Shown: one piece after another, positions 48,649 through 62,010 of the stretch
Numbering within the stretch: the first letter of the stretch is position 1
Layout: the number at the start of each line of letters is the position of its first letter
Assembly (NCBI GenBank): GCA_030704615.1
Contig: CM060731.1
Location: 31,496,001-31,560,000, forward strand
Direction: 5' to 3'
Length of the DNA: 64,000 nucleotides
Source: Takakia lepidozioides
Taxonomy: Eukaryota > Plantae > Bryophyta
Program-made: the position numbers and the translations under genes
Notes under the pieces: generated by a model
The model's database searches: none
Told to the model about the DNA's origin: nothing
The model's input: only the letters and a program-made list of their open reading frames with translations

Positions 48649-49633
48649 ATGAAAACAGAGTTGGTGTTGGTGTGTGTAGCCCACCCCTCTACAGCTTCAA
48701 CACTAGGCAATCCTCCCTCCTGGCCCTTTCCTCTCCATTCTGGCAACACGAGGGAATTCACAGGGGTAGTGCAATGGGACCAAAACCATACATTCCGTCT
48801 GGCTGCCATAAGAGCTGGGGGCATTTTGCAGACATATACTCTTGAAAACTGCCAGGGCAAGGCTTGCCCCCACCTCTCTCCCTCATCAGCTTTACAACTG
48901 CACATTTCTTATGGGAAAGGGCAGCTGGACTCTTGGTTGAATCAGGGGTCGAAAGCTGTAAATGTGCAGTGGGGTAGCTTCGAATTTATTCCTGGGCGAT
49001 CCAACGAAATCGTCTTCTTCCAGGTGAATTCAAGCCGGATTTTGTCGGCAGAGTTGCCATGTCCATCTGGCCACCGTATTTATGATGTCAGTGTCAGGAG
49101 CAAGGACACCTTCGCAGCCGCAGAAAGGAGCAAAGTGTACTGTGTTGGTCGCCACTCTTCATCAATTTTGTGCATTGCACTGAGAGCTGATGGGCTGGCT
49201 ATGGCTTCTACAGCAATAGATGGATGTGTTCGTGTCTGGAGGCTCTCTGATGGAGCAATGCTCTTTCAGACCTTTGTTAGTATTGCAAATCTTATGCAGC
49301 AGCATGCCTCTGGTCAATTGAGTGAGGGACAGTCTCATGTAGTCTCTGGTGTGAGTGCTGAGGCATTGCAAGCTTCTTGGATGTCTCTACGGATTTTGGG
49401 GTTTGTTCAGAAATCACGGGGAGTTGTTATGGGGTGTCAGGATGGGAATCTCCGCCTCTGGGCCATGGAATCTACAGGTATAGATCCTGACAAGCTCTCC
49501 CCGGGCTTAATGCATTTGAAGTCCACTGAGACTCTTTTCTCTTCAGACATGGCTCCAGTCTCTGCACTTGCCCTACACTCTCTGGAGAGAACTGATTCTG
49601 TTTCTTCACCTTCAAAAGGTGAACAAGGGACAG
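48649..49633 (+). CDS. Exon of a WD40-repeat protein gene (start uncertain)
   Basis: GRHSSSILCIALRADGLAMASTAIDGCVRVWRL and GCQDGNLRLWA; GT donor at 49634. Confidence 0.7.
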
Positions 49634-50146
49634 GTATGTTATGCATCACATACATTTATACCTAATTGTGAATAGGTACCTTTATGCAGTATGTATCTTG
49701 CCATTCAAGATTAAACTGTATATATGGGTCATAAGGCTATTTTACATCACGAATTCTTGGCCTTGCAGGGGCTCATCACGGCCCCGTAATTTCAAATAGA
49801 AACCATCAACATGGGATTGATCCACCCACATCTTCCACCTGGGACGGTCATGCAGTTTCTTCTATCAATTTGCTGAGAAATCAATCCTTGACTTGATGTT
49901 CATCTGTCGCATCCTGACAAGGTGCAACCAGCCTTTAAAGAGCTGTCAATAAAAGTGCTTCTGCACGCTAATTTTAAAGTCTATTTTAATTGTCAATTTA
50001 TAGACAGTCAGGACTCTATTGGTTTGGTTTTGGAGCACCCTCACCCCATTTGAACCAGAGTCTTGGAACAGTATTTTCACATCATGTGCAATTTGGATAT
50101 ATATGACTCTCTTCATTTGGGACTGCATTCTTGCATGTGCGTCAAG

Positions 50147-50747
50147 AAGGCTCTGGACATGAAGAAGTGGGTTGGAATTCTGGTCAATACTCCCCCGACC
50201 TACCTGAAACAGAAGTTGTCTCAACAAGGACGCCTCCCCCGGGATTCATGGCTATTGGAACCAGCAAGGGTGGTTTAAAAGTGTGGGTTCTGTATTTTGG
50301 CTCTGAAAGGTGGGTGCCAGCTTGGACAGGTTCCGCTGGGGGCGTGCCCATTGTATGCCTCAGCTTCCGTGCAGATGGAGGCCTCCTTGCTGCAGGGACT
50401 TCATGCCTCAGAAACTCCTTCCCTGGTGATTTTCCCAAAGAAAAACTGAGTGGCTTGTTGGACCGAGTGTCTCTTTATGACACTTCAACTTGGAGCTGTG
50501 TTGGTTCCCTTAGTTTTAAATCCCGCTTGGGGTCTTGCCTTTTCTACCGGCCAGCTCTTGAAGGCCATGCCAAAAAAATAAAGCTAACAACAGACTGTAA
50601 CATTTTGGTGGTTTGCACCAGCGATGGCCTCGAGGCACACTTTCTGCCAGGATGTGGACAAGTGGTCATGGATGAGCCTCTGAAGAGAAATGGGGCCAAG
50701 ACTGTGCATTGGGCAGATTTCAGAAAGGAAACTCATAATGAGTTCAG
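50147..50747 (+). CDS. Further WD40 exon
   Basis: MAIGTSKGGLKVW, IVCLSFRADGGLLAAG and VSLYDTSTWSC; phase-2 GT donor at 50748. Confidence 0.65.
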
Positions 50748-51090
50748 GTATTGCTTAAACAACTATTCCATTATCCGAAAGGATAATTCATTAAGCATCC
50801 ATTCGATTAATCTGAATGTAGAATAGGACTGACTGCACATACTAGTCCTGCAAATTCTTCTTCACATAAATTTTTGCTTAAAGAAGAGTAGCTCCCCTGG
50901 GAGTCCTGCCGTGATGATGAGTCTGAAAATGAACAGGAAGCAAAGAGTTCTCTTGCATGATGCCTGATTTATAGTCTGTGCATGTCATGAGGATGCTTTA
51001 CATGCTTAATTCCAGAAGACAGTGGAACATGTCTCTTGCCTTATGGACATCATTCACACCCTCATGGTTTGCATTCATGTGCTGATGTAG

Positions 51091-54000
51091 TGTACCTCAC
51101 TTGGGATCCCCAAAATCTCCCCAACAATGGCAGCCAGGGAAGAGCCCTCTTGACGAGGAGTCAATGGGCAGTGTCAAAGCAAGCATGGGCAATGGAGACA
51201 CGGCAGTGATGTGCGAGATTTGCAAGGAGCCAAGAAGGCTCCTTGGGGGCAGCTTTGGAGGAAGCAAGGGTGAAAAGATTAGGAAGTCGATTGAAACCTC
51301 AGAAAAGTGTTGCATTCATAAAGATCCACAAACGTCTTTTGAGGACAGGTCCAACAGAGACCGGGATCAAAGAGCTAGAAATTATGGCAAAGAAATGTGT
51401 GAAGTTTGTCACCACCCATTTGAACGGAGCAGTCACAGTGTAAAGGACCTTGAAAGGTGTCAAGTTTGTCACCACCCTAAGGAGCATGATAACAGGAATC
51501 ACAGCACCCCCAGTAAAGAGGTCCACGAGAAAGGGATATGCCACCAAATCCAGGGTTGCAGGAAGGAACAGAACAGCCCCAGTGAAGGAGACCCAAATAT
51601 GTGTCAGGAGATCTGTCACCACCTACGTAACGAGCAGGTACAGAGTACCCATGATGAAGTGAACGAAGAGAAGTGTCACCTCCATTTCAATGACCACTCA
51701 GGTAAGGAACAGAGCAGGCCCCCTAAAGAGGGCATTGAAATTTGCAAAGTATGTCACCATCAGATAATGGAACATGGTCAGAAGAATCTGAGCAGCCACC
51801 GTAAAGAAGACCCACAAAGGTGTCAAGTTTGTCATTGCCCAGTAAAGGAGCACGTTCAGCGTGGCCATGGCAAAGAGGACCAAGTGAAGTGCCACCTCCA
51901 CCCAATTAAGGACCACACACAAGACGAACAGAGAAGCCACACCAAAGAGGACATAGCAAGTGGCCAAGTTTGTGACCACCCCTTAAAGGAGCACAATCAT
52001 GAGAAGCATCGAAGCCACAGGAAAGAGGAGCTAGAAAGGTGTCAAGTTTGTAATGGCCGATTGCAAGAGCACACTGGAAGGGCAAAGAGTGGCCACAGGG
52101 GTGAGGAGCAAGAGAGGTGCCATCTCCCCACAATCAAGGACCACAAACAGGTGGAACCGAGTGGCCACAGCAAAGAGGACTTCAAAGAAAGCTCCCAAGT
52201 TTGTTGCCACCCAATGAAAGAGCACATTGAAGCGGTAAGGAGTGCTCACCCTGAAGAGGGCCAAGAGAAGTGCCACCTCCATCCAATCAATGGCCAGGCA
52301 CAGGAGCAGAGAAGCCACAGCAAAGAGGACCAACAAGAAAGCTGCCGAGTTTGTCACCACCCGATGAAAGAGCACATTCAAAGGTTAAAGATAGACACTG
52401 AAGAGGACGATGAGAAATGCCACCTGCACCCAATCAGGGACCATCCACATGAAGGACAGAGAAGCCACAGCAAAAAGGACCAAGAAGAAAGCTGCCAAGT
52501 TTGTCACCACCCGATGAAAGAGCACATTCAAAGGTTAAAGATAGACACTGAAGAGGACGATGAGAAATGCCACCTGCACCCTATCAGGGACCATCCACAT
52601 AAAGAACAGAGAAGCCACAGCAAAAAGGACCAAGAAGAAAGCTGCCAAGTTTGGCACCACCCGATGAAAGAGCACATTCAAAGGTTAGAGATAGAAACTG
52701 AAGAGGACGATGAGAAATGCCACCTGCACCCAATCAGGGACCATCCACATAAAGAACAGAGAAGCCACAGCAAAAAGGACCAAGAAGAAAGCTGCCAAGT
52801 TTGTCACCACCCAATGAAAGAGCACATTCAAAGGTTAAAGATAGACACTGAAGAGGACGATGAGAAATGCCACCTGCACCCAATCAGGGACCATCCACAT
52901 AAAGAACAGAGAAGCCACAGCAGAAAGGACCAAGAAGAAAGCTGCCAAGTTTGTCACCACCCGATGAAAGAGCACATTCAAAGGTTAAAGATAGAAACTG
53001 AAGAGGACGATGAGAAATGCCACCTGCACCCAATCAGGGACCATCCACATAAAGAACAGAGAAGCCACAGCAAAAAGGACCAAGAAGAAAGCTGCCAAGT
53101 TTGTCACCACCCGATGAAGGAGCACATTCAAAGGATAAAGAGACGCACTGAAGAGGCCTATGAGAAATGCCACCTGCACCCAATCAAGGACCACCCACAG
53201 AAGGAGAAAAGCCACAGCAAAAAGGACCAAGAAGGAAGCTGCCAAGTTTTTCACGACCTGATGAAAGAGCACATTCAAAGGATAGAGAGACACACTGAAG
53301 AGGACGACAAGAAATGCCATCTGCACCCAATCAAGGACCACCCACAGAAAGAGAAAAGCCACAGCAAAAAGGACCAAGCAGAAAGCTGCCAAGTTTGTTG
53401 CCACCCAATGAGAGGTCACATTCAAAGGATAAAGAGTAGTCACACCGAAAAGGTCCAAGAGAAATGCCATCTCCACCCGATGAAGGACAAGTCACAGAAG
53501 GAACAGAGCGGCCAGAGCAAAACTGAGGTAGAAGAAAGCTGCCAAGTTTGTTGCCACCCAATGAATGATCACATTCAAAGGATTAAGAGTAGCCACACTG
53601 AAAGGGTCCAAGAGAAATGCCATCTACACCCAATGAAGGGCAAGTCACAGAAGGAACAGAGTGGCTACAGCAAAATGGAGGTAGAAGAAAGCTGCCAAGT
53701 TTGTCGCCACCCAATGAATGATCACATTCAAAGGATTAAGAGTAATCACACTGAAAGGGTCCAAGAGAAATGCCATCTCCACCCAATGAAGGGCAGCTCA
53801 CAGAAGGAACAGAGCGGCCACAGCAAAACGGAGGTAGAAGAAAAATGCCAAGTTTGTCACCACCCAATGAAGGAGAACATTCAGAGGACAGAGGAAAGCC
53901 ACAGTGGAGACAAACCAGACAGGGGTCAAGTTTGTCACACTCAGAGGGTAGAGAGTAGTCACTACAAAGAGGACGACGATAAGTGCCACCTCCACCCAAT

Positions 54001-55687
54001 TAAGAACCACAGACAAGAAGAACACACTGGCCAACCCGCCAAAAAGGACCTAGAAAAGTGCCAAATTTGTCACCACCTGATGAAGGAACACAATCGGGAG
54101 ATGCATAAAAGCCACCATGCAGAGCTAGGAAGGTGTCAAGTTTGTTGTAGAGAAGCGAAGAAGCACACTCAAAAAATACCGAGTGGCCACAGCGAAGAGG
54201 GCCAAGAGAAGTGTCAGCTCCACCCAATCAAGGGTTATATTGCCCAGAGTAAAGAGGACCAAGAGAAATGTCCTCATGCCCCAACAAATGGCCACATTCC
54301 CAAAGAACAGAATAATTACCGCAAACAGGACCAAGACAGGTGCCAAGTCTATTGCTGCTCAAGGAAGCAACATGATCAGAAGAACTGGAGCGGGCACATA
54401 GACAAACAAGAAAAGTGTCGTGTTCACCAGAGCAAGGGCCATAGTGGTAAGAAACAGAGCAGTAATGAGGACCTCACAACTTGTGAAGTATGTGTCAGAC
54501 CAAGGAAGGGTCATCCTCAGAGGGTACATAAGAGGCAGAGCAGCAACAGTAAAGAGGACTTATCAAAGTGCCAAATCTGCCACCGGTCAATTAAGGACCA
54601 GATTCCAAAGGAACAAAGTAGCAAAGAGGATATCGAGAGGTGCCAAGTTTGTCTCCATCCGATTGAAGAGCATGCTGATAAGGAAGAGAACAGCCACAGT
54701 AAAGATAATTTTGAAAGGTGTCAAATCTGTCACCACCCAGTGAAGGACCATATCTTGATGGAGCAGAATATAAATGAACAGAGCAGCCACAGGGAGGAGG
54801 GCAATGAAGAGTGCCCTATCGATAAAATGCAAAGTAATTGTGGTGACCAGGTACATGAAAGGTGTGAGTTTTGTCTTCCTCCAATGAAAAATCACAATCA
54901 AAAGGTAGAGAAGAGCTGCAGAAATGATGGTCAATCAGACTTTTGCCGGCACTATGACAGCTACTGTACAGGGCTGCATGAAGAGTGCTCCATGCATAGA
55001 TTTGGGGACTCTTGCAGCATTGAGGGTGGCGTAAAGCATATTGGGAAAAAAAGGACTCTGGAAGAGCCTGCAATGCGTTGGTTAAAAAGGGTGATAGCTA
55101 CAAGAAACATCCCATCATATATCATCCACCAGTATTGTTTAGGCAGGCGTGTGTGCCCCCCAATAGTCAAGAAGCAGATGTGCATGGGCTGCACAAAGAA
55201 AATGGAGTTGCAGCAGCAGGGGGATGCTGAGAGAAAGAAAACTTCCCCTCAGCATGTTAGTCTTCTTCCATCAAGAGTCTCCGCAATGAAAACTCATCCA
55301 TGTAAGCGGCAAAAATTGCGCTTCTGTACAGGACAACATCGAGGGAAGGGTGAAGCTCATGGGTTGGTGCCGAATATGACTACAAGGTTCACAATATTGC
55401 CAGTGGTTTTGCTATCCAATGATCCCACCAGGGGTGTATGGGCGCGCAAGGGGATCCAAGAAGGTAAGGAGGGTACAAATGCACATCTGGGGTGTTGTTC
55501 TCATCGTTGGGTTTCAATGCTCGATACAACCAGAAAGGTTGGCGAGGGAGCTTCTGACTTGTCAAGGAACTCCACAACCCCACTCATGCAGGCAAGTTTT
55601 TCGTTTGACATTTTTGTGTCCAAACCAACTAACAGACTAGGTCCAATTCATGGACAAGAGTTGATCCACAGAACTTCTGATGGATAG
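51091..55687 (+). CDS. Giant exon encoding Cys/His-rich tandem repeats, probably part of the WD40 gene
   Basis: 4.6-kb stop-free frame. The AG acceptor at 51089-51090 is phase-compatible with the 50748 donor. Near-identical 150-bp (50-aa) repeats at about 52310-53400. The true exon end may be earlier than the stop. Confidence 0.75.
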
Positions 55688-55963
55688 TGGTTCTCAGTCC
55701 AGGCTGGATATTTTAAGATTCCCGTTGCTGCGATATTACAGAAGATTTCATGTGCCCATAGCTCGTTGGTAAGCTGTTGAAGAGGGAAATGTTGTCAGGC
55801 TTTATAATTCAGCCTCACAGCCCCTCTACTCGAGAAAGCCTTCCTACATGTTCCATTTTACTCTCCTGCTATCTCCCTCCCCTTCTCCCCTTTCCTGCTT
55901 ACTGACTTTTTGGGCCCGAAGTGCTTCCAGTGCCCCTCAAAAAAGATGTTATCTCTGACTGCA

Positions 55964-57613
55964 GGATCAAGCAGAATCCTTGGACAGAAATGTAGCAACA
56001 AGGTTCTCAAAGGCACAGCTGGGAGAAGCTCACAGGAGGTGCTCCAGCAGTCAAGGAAATAGTTGGGCTCGTGGTAGTAAACTTTCTTATACACCTCCAG
56101 CTGATCCAGTCAACTTGGAAACTCCTGTGCTCAATTCATCAGCACAACTATTGGCAAAGGTGCAGGAGGTGCATGAAGAGACATTTGACGTGGGCAGAGC
56201 TATGCAGGCATATCATTTTACCCTTGCTTTCTGTATCTTCTGCAGAGACAGTTTTTTCTTCTCTTCAAGTGGAACTATCAATCATGGGAGGATGAGCTGA
56301 GTAATAACAGTTGCTGTAGAACGTGCTTTTAGCTTGAGACGTCTGCTCACACAGTTGGGAAATTGTGAAACAAAGGGCAGTATAATGGATGGTCGTAATT
56401 TATCAGTCTTGATGAGTTGGCTTGTGTGTGGTAATCATTCTTCGGGCTGTGGTGCCTGGATCTCAAAGCACAAGATTCTTGGTACCAGGAGTTTTTTAAT
56501 TTTGTATGCAAGGTCTTGTAATGACTAAGTCCCTAAGAACAAAAAGCAATCAAGTGTTTGAAACACCAAGGGGACTGTGTCAAGCTGACGTAGTGGTGGA
56601 TTCTTAATGGCCCTTGACATACATTCAAGTTAGTTAGACTTCCGTCACTAAGCATTACTGGATATCAAGGGGCATTGTAGGAGGATAGTCAGCACCTCAA
56701 TCCCAAATTTTGAGTGCCCATTCTTAGGCGTGGTCAGTACAGAAATTTGTATACCTCTATTTGCTTAGGTCTTGCTTTGCACTGTTTGCTTTCTGCTTCT
56801 GTTCTCTCAGACCACACCAGCTGCAAAGCTGTTGTTCCCTGTGATCTTTGGCAGCTCTCTTGGTGTACCCTGACTTGTTGGAGCTGTGTGTGTAGAACTG
56901 CCTTGGCCACCTAAAATTCAGCAACTTCCATAGCTGAGACGCATCAAGCTCTGAGCAGACTGTAAATCTTCTCCTCACTGGCTTTTTATTCATAGGTGGC
57001 CAAGGAGAGACGCTTAGTGCTTACTAGGAAGGATGTAGCTGAGTTCAGAAAACATCTTCGAACTGACAAGGGTCAGGTCACGGTGGAGAGGAAAGTAGAT
57101 GGGAAGAAAAGTGCCCAACGGGAGTATAGAGACCTCTGCAAAATCGTCGAGCCACCTTCTACTGCTACTACCTCCATCTCTCCCAGGTTAGCCATCTGAT
57201 GGCATACATCAGATACATCATTTTTCTTAATGGAAATACAATCAGTCTCACCTCCTAGTTCCATGCAGCTGATGTCTTGAGCCAGGTTGCTGTTGTTCAA
57301 AGGCAGGTTACCATTCAGCATCGCCGTAAATGGCACAATGTGTGAGTCAATGTGCAGGAGCCCGTGGCAGGTTCAGCACTTTTCATATTGAGCCCCTGGA
57401 GACGCATATCTCTGTTGCTCACTGGTGCGAAATGCTGAAACCAACTTGCCTTTTGTGGATCCAGCAGTTAAGCTTTTCGTTCCGAAGCTCATCAAAACTA
57501 TTGCATGTTTCTACAGGAGAGTGGGAAAGCAGGTGGATGAGGGGTGGATGGCCATGCAGCGCAATCAGCCCTCAATCTCAGACCTTTGGGTTGCATCCCA
57601 TCAGTGTCCACAG
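55964..57613 (+). CDS. Probable downstream exons (about 55964-56207, 56996-57186, 57358-57613) of unknown product
   Basis: Pyrimidine-AG acceptors and GT (or possibly GC) donors flank open frames. Frame continuity was not fully resolved. Confidence 0.35.
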
Positions 57614-60600
57614 GTATCTCTCTCTGTGGGTTTCCTGTTGGTGTTGTAAAGATTTCCATTTTCTTTCTGTTTCTTCTTTGAATCTTATAAGGTTCGCACA
57701 AAGCCCAAAGAGATTATGGGAAAAATGAAGTGTGATAAGCAAAAACAGCAAGAATCCCTGGCATATGGTTTTACCCTTGAGGATCAGAAGTGACTAGCAG
57801 CTTCTGCATGAGGCATTGTGCCTTCATAGCATGCATGATTAGTTCTCGTCTTTCTCTGATACAACGGTTTATTCTTCTTTGGTTCTTCGTTGTTTTACTT
57901 GTATCTGCTATCCTTTTGGCCATGGGCAGATGCATTCATGTTTTTCTTTCTTTCTTGCAGATCCCTGGATGTTTTAAAGCTCTTTAGCCACCATAATGTC
58001 TCTGCATTTGGTACAGTTCACAGTACAGTAGCACTGGTTGAATACACATGGTTAACCGTACACTCCACCTTCTTCATCTACATCCTCTTTACCATAACAA
58101 GTTGATAGCATAGTTGCAGGTGTTCCAGAAGACAATTTAGGTCATCCCTATGTGTGACAATCTCACCTTTTTTGATAAGCTATTGTCCTGTTTTTTTTGT
58201 CTGGAGGGATTTAGGTGCAGCTGTTTGTCAACCTGGAAACCTTCACTTGAAAACCCCCTGGTCTCTGAGGACGCAGGTCTCACTTTCGGAGTTACTAAGC
58301 CTGTCACAGGCTTGCCATTAGAAAAACTTCCAAAACCACTACCTGTCAGTGTTTGAGCTCTGGATACATACTGTTGCGTGAAGCAGGTGGGTCCACCAGC
58401 CATGGATTTTCCCACGCAAGTCGAACTGGATGGACTCTTTCGATAGGGATAAGTCTCTGATGAGAGAGACGCCCTCTTCATATCCATCAAGGGAATTGTG
58501 CCTGAATCTCTGTTTACCAACTTTGAAGTCTCGAGGCTGAGCCAAAAGTCCAGGCCCTTTTGGGGCCTAGTTATCGGGCAAACCACACACAGCAGATTCA
58601 TGCTTGTGTGAAGGGATTTCTAGAGGATATCTGGAAAACTTGGATTGATAGTCTGTTCCAATGTAAGTCATACCACCAGCGTCAGCCCCTGACAGAGGTA
58701 GTTTCTGTCCCACGCAAACTGAGCGCGGGGTCAAGGGCCACAAGGCTACGGCAAACGTCTTATGAGTACATTCTTTCGATGGGGATAAGGGAGAGACGAA
58801 CAGAATGATGTCTCACTGAGCCCACGTATGTTGGTCATGACGTATCATGAAGGGCAGAGCTCCCCCTAGATGGCAACCTTTCAATGTAAGCCAGCCATGG
58901 CATGATGAATCTTTCCTAGCAAGCATAGTGTCAATCCTGGCACTGCCAATGTTGTCTTCTGAGCACCACAGATGTGACATGTGGCACTCCCGGTCCCACA
59001 GTTTGGACCAGAGGGGCAAGACCGGTAGAAGGTGCCAAACCAGAACCTGGACCTGCTATGATGTCAGAAGTTGCAGATCTAGAATGCCCATGCTATGTGC
59101 TAAAGAGATGTATTATGATTCCAAACAGGTGTATGCGATGGAACCTTTAGATATATGTCCACGTCACGTGGATGAACCAAAGGAGTCAGAGGATGCACAG
59201 ATTTGGATCCAGAGGGAAGCAGCCTGCAGAGAAGCACAGAACTCCATGGCTGTATATGACAGTTGCTGTATGTGAGGGAGCCTGCATATCATCTCTTCAG
59301 TGAGGGATCTTGCCTATGTGGGGTACAACTCCTGGCTACTCTAGTCACTCCATGTCGACAACAGCAGGCAGACAAAGGTACATGCCACCTTGATAATTAA
59401 GTCCATTGCACTTTGCGCTGCCATAGCCCTCACCTGGTTGGGGTGGAGCAGACAAGGGGAGGAGAGGGATCCGGCTGGGGAAGAGCATGACATTGCCAAA
59501 GCCATGTGGCTGTAGCGTAGGACAACGCCTCTGAAATTTCCGAAAGCCCTTGCAGTGGAATGGAGAGTGTATCAGGAAGACATTATGTGCGGCTGACTTT
59601 CCATGCACAAGGAAGGCCGCGGTAGTGAAAGGTGCTACGGATCCTTTGTCCAATCTGTCTTGCACTGGTAGAAAGTATTTGATGGAAGGGGCATGAATTC
59701 TAATCCCAATTCTGTTGAGAGCTCCATCAAGAAAGGCCAACTGATTGTGTCAAACGTCTTCGCATTGTCTAACATTTAATTTAGCAATACCTGCAGCTGC
59801 CCCTTAGATTGAGCTTCAAATAAAGCTAGCACAATGTTGTCGAAAATCACTCTGCCGACATCTGGTCTGATAATAGAAGGCAACATCGGCAAATCCTCAT
59901 GGCTAGAGCCTTTGTCATAATCTTATATGAAGTGATAGGGCGGTGATTGGAGATGAGAGATCTATCTCCTTTCAAAAAAAAAAGTGCCATTGCCCCTAAT
60001 GAGATAGGGAAAAGAATCTATTTTGAGATAGGTGATCAGAGAATAAAGTGGGAAAATATTGGTTCATAGTTGGGAGGGTGGCTTCACATGCTATCAGGCA
60101 CTCTTAAGTGTGTTAACATTCAGTATTTTCCAGGTGTCCTTGGAGCTCCCTCGACCAGGAGGGACGTGCAATGGTGTGTTTGCAGTGGATGCACATCTTC
60201 TCAAACTTGTGAGTAAAATGTGGAAGGGCTCACTCTGGAATAGAGCAACAGCATGCCCACACAATCTTTTGGAAATCTATCGTAGATATTACCAGGGTTC
60301 AATGTGAGCATAATAGAATTCCCGAGCCCTAGCAAGATAATGTGTCTGAGTGCCATATATCATGTCATCTGACTGTGTAACAGCTACAGAGGGTTGAGGC
60401 CCAGTTAACAGATGGTAGTCCTAACTTGCAAGTAGGATGTGCACTTTCTTGCTGAACAGACATGGTGGTGGATAGAGTTGGACTGAGAACTATGACTTCC
60501 ATCATTTGTGAATCCTCAATTAGACCAGATGGTAACGTAGTTATACCACTGCATACCCCTTGCCTGTCATAGTTTTGCTAGGCAGTTTAGAGTCCCAGTT

Positions 60601-61109
60601 TACTGGGCTCTCACTTTGATACTTGATCTTTCCAAACATTGCGCAAGATTTTATATGATCTTCTGTGTCTTGCAGGTGTGTGCACTACTTGACGCTGAAT
60701 CTGGCATAGACCTATGAGGTCATGCTGAATCATTTCTACCCGCTTTCGTCATGCCTGAAATTTTAGGTGGCCTATGCTCTTGGTAGAGTGCATTGGAAGC
60801 CTAAAGAGAAGACCAAAAACTCTTTGGTTATGCGACAAAGCGTCATATATATGTATAGGATAACATCAAGAAAAGATTGAAAGGTTCATGGAGAGTAAAA
60901 AGGGTATCACAACAAATCTGACTACAAACATATCATCATCCCATTGTGCAACATACCCATCCACACCAACATACAAGTGATGGAGAAGTCAGCAAGCTTT
61001 AAAAATAAGCTGTGTGCTGAGTATGAGCAGTAGGTGGAGCAGAGGACTTCCAAGCTGGCGATCATAAAGTGCAGTGAAGTTAAATTATGAAAAATCGATA
61101 TATGAAGTA

Positions 61110-62010
61110 AGGTAGTTTGTTTGTTTTGTTTTGTTTTGTTTTGTAGTGCTCAGATGTCCCAAGACGTGGCGCGTCCCCTTGGTGCTTGGTAGCCCTCGAT
61201 GAGGAGGGGATGAGGAGGGGTGCACCAGCTTGGTCTCATGATTTTTGGACGTGAGGTGGGGGAGATGTTGAATTTCAATGGTTGTTGGAAATTCGCGAAA
61301 AATATCAAAGTGGGCTTTCCTGGGACAATGATTGGAGCCTTGATAGGAGAGATATATAAAAAATGATTGGATGTAATATTACTCAATAAATTCATGGAAA
61401 AAAATAACTTGGGCTTTGACGTGGGAGACGTACTTGGATACATAGGAGATTGCACTTGGGCTTAGATAACACTTGACATTTGGGCCTCTACATTGGAGAT
61501 GCACTGGTACATGAATAGAGGATTGCACTTGGGCTTAGATAGGCCTCCACATAGGAGACGCACTTGCATACATAAGAAATTGCACTTGGTCTTCAACGTC
61601 AAGTCTTCATTGGGCCAACACCATAGGCTACAGTAGAGGTCACACTTGGGCCTCAACATAGGAGACACACTCCAATGTATAGGAAATTGCATTTGGCTTA
61701 CATTTCAATTCTTCATACTAGGGCCAAAGGTACATTCTACCTAGAGGTCGCACTTGGGCCTCGACATACTAGATGTATTGGGATACATAGAAGATCTTAC
61801 ACTTGGTCTTAGATGACACTGGTGGGCCAACGGAACATGCTATCCTAGAGGTCGCATTTGGGCCTTGACACAGGAGACCACTTGGATACATTGGGGATTC
61901 CACTTGGACTTAGATGACACCGGATACTTGGGCCAATGGCACAAGAGATGCACTTGGATACATTGGGGATTGCACTTGGACTTAAATGACACTGGACACT
62001 TGGGCCAACT
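61110..62010. repeat. Interspersed repeat followed by degenerate tandem repeats (TTGGATACAT..TGCACTTGGGC)
   Basis: (GTTTT)n start, repeated CACTTGGG/TTGGATACAT units at 61425-62010, followed by (TA)n. Confidence 0.6.

Noticed and set aside
51101-55000. Multiheme cytochrome c (about 13 CxxCH motifs)
   Set aside because: The residue right after CxxC varies (C, R, L, N, V) while the later His-Pro and distal His are better kept. There is no export signal and the exon appears joined to a WD40 gene, so zinc-type binding is more plausible.
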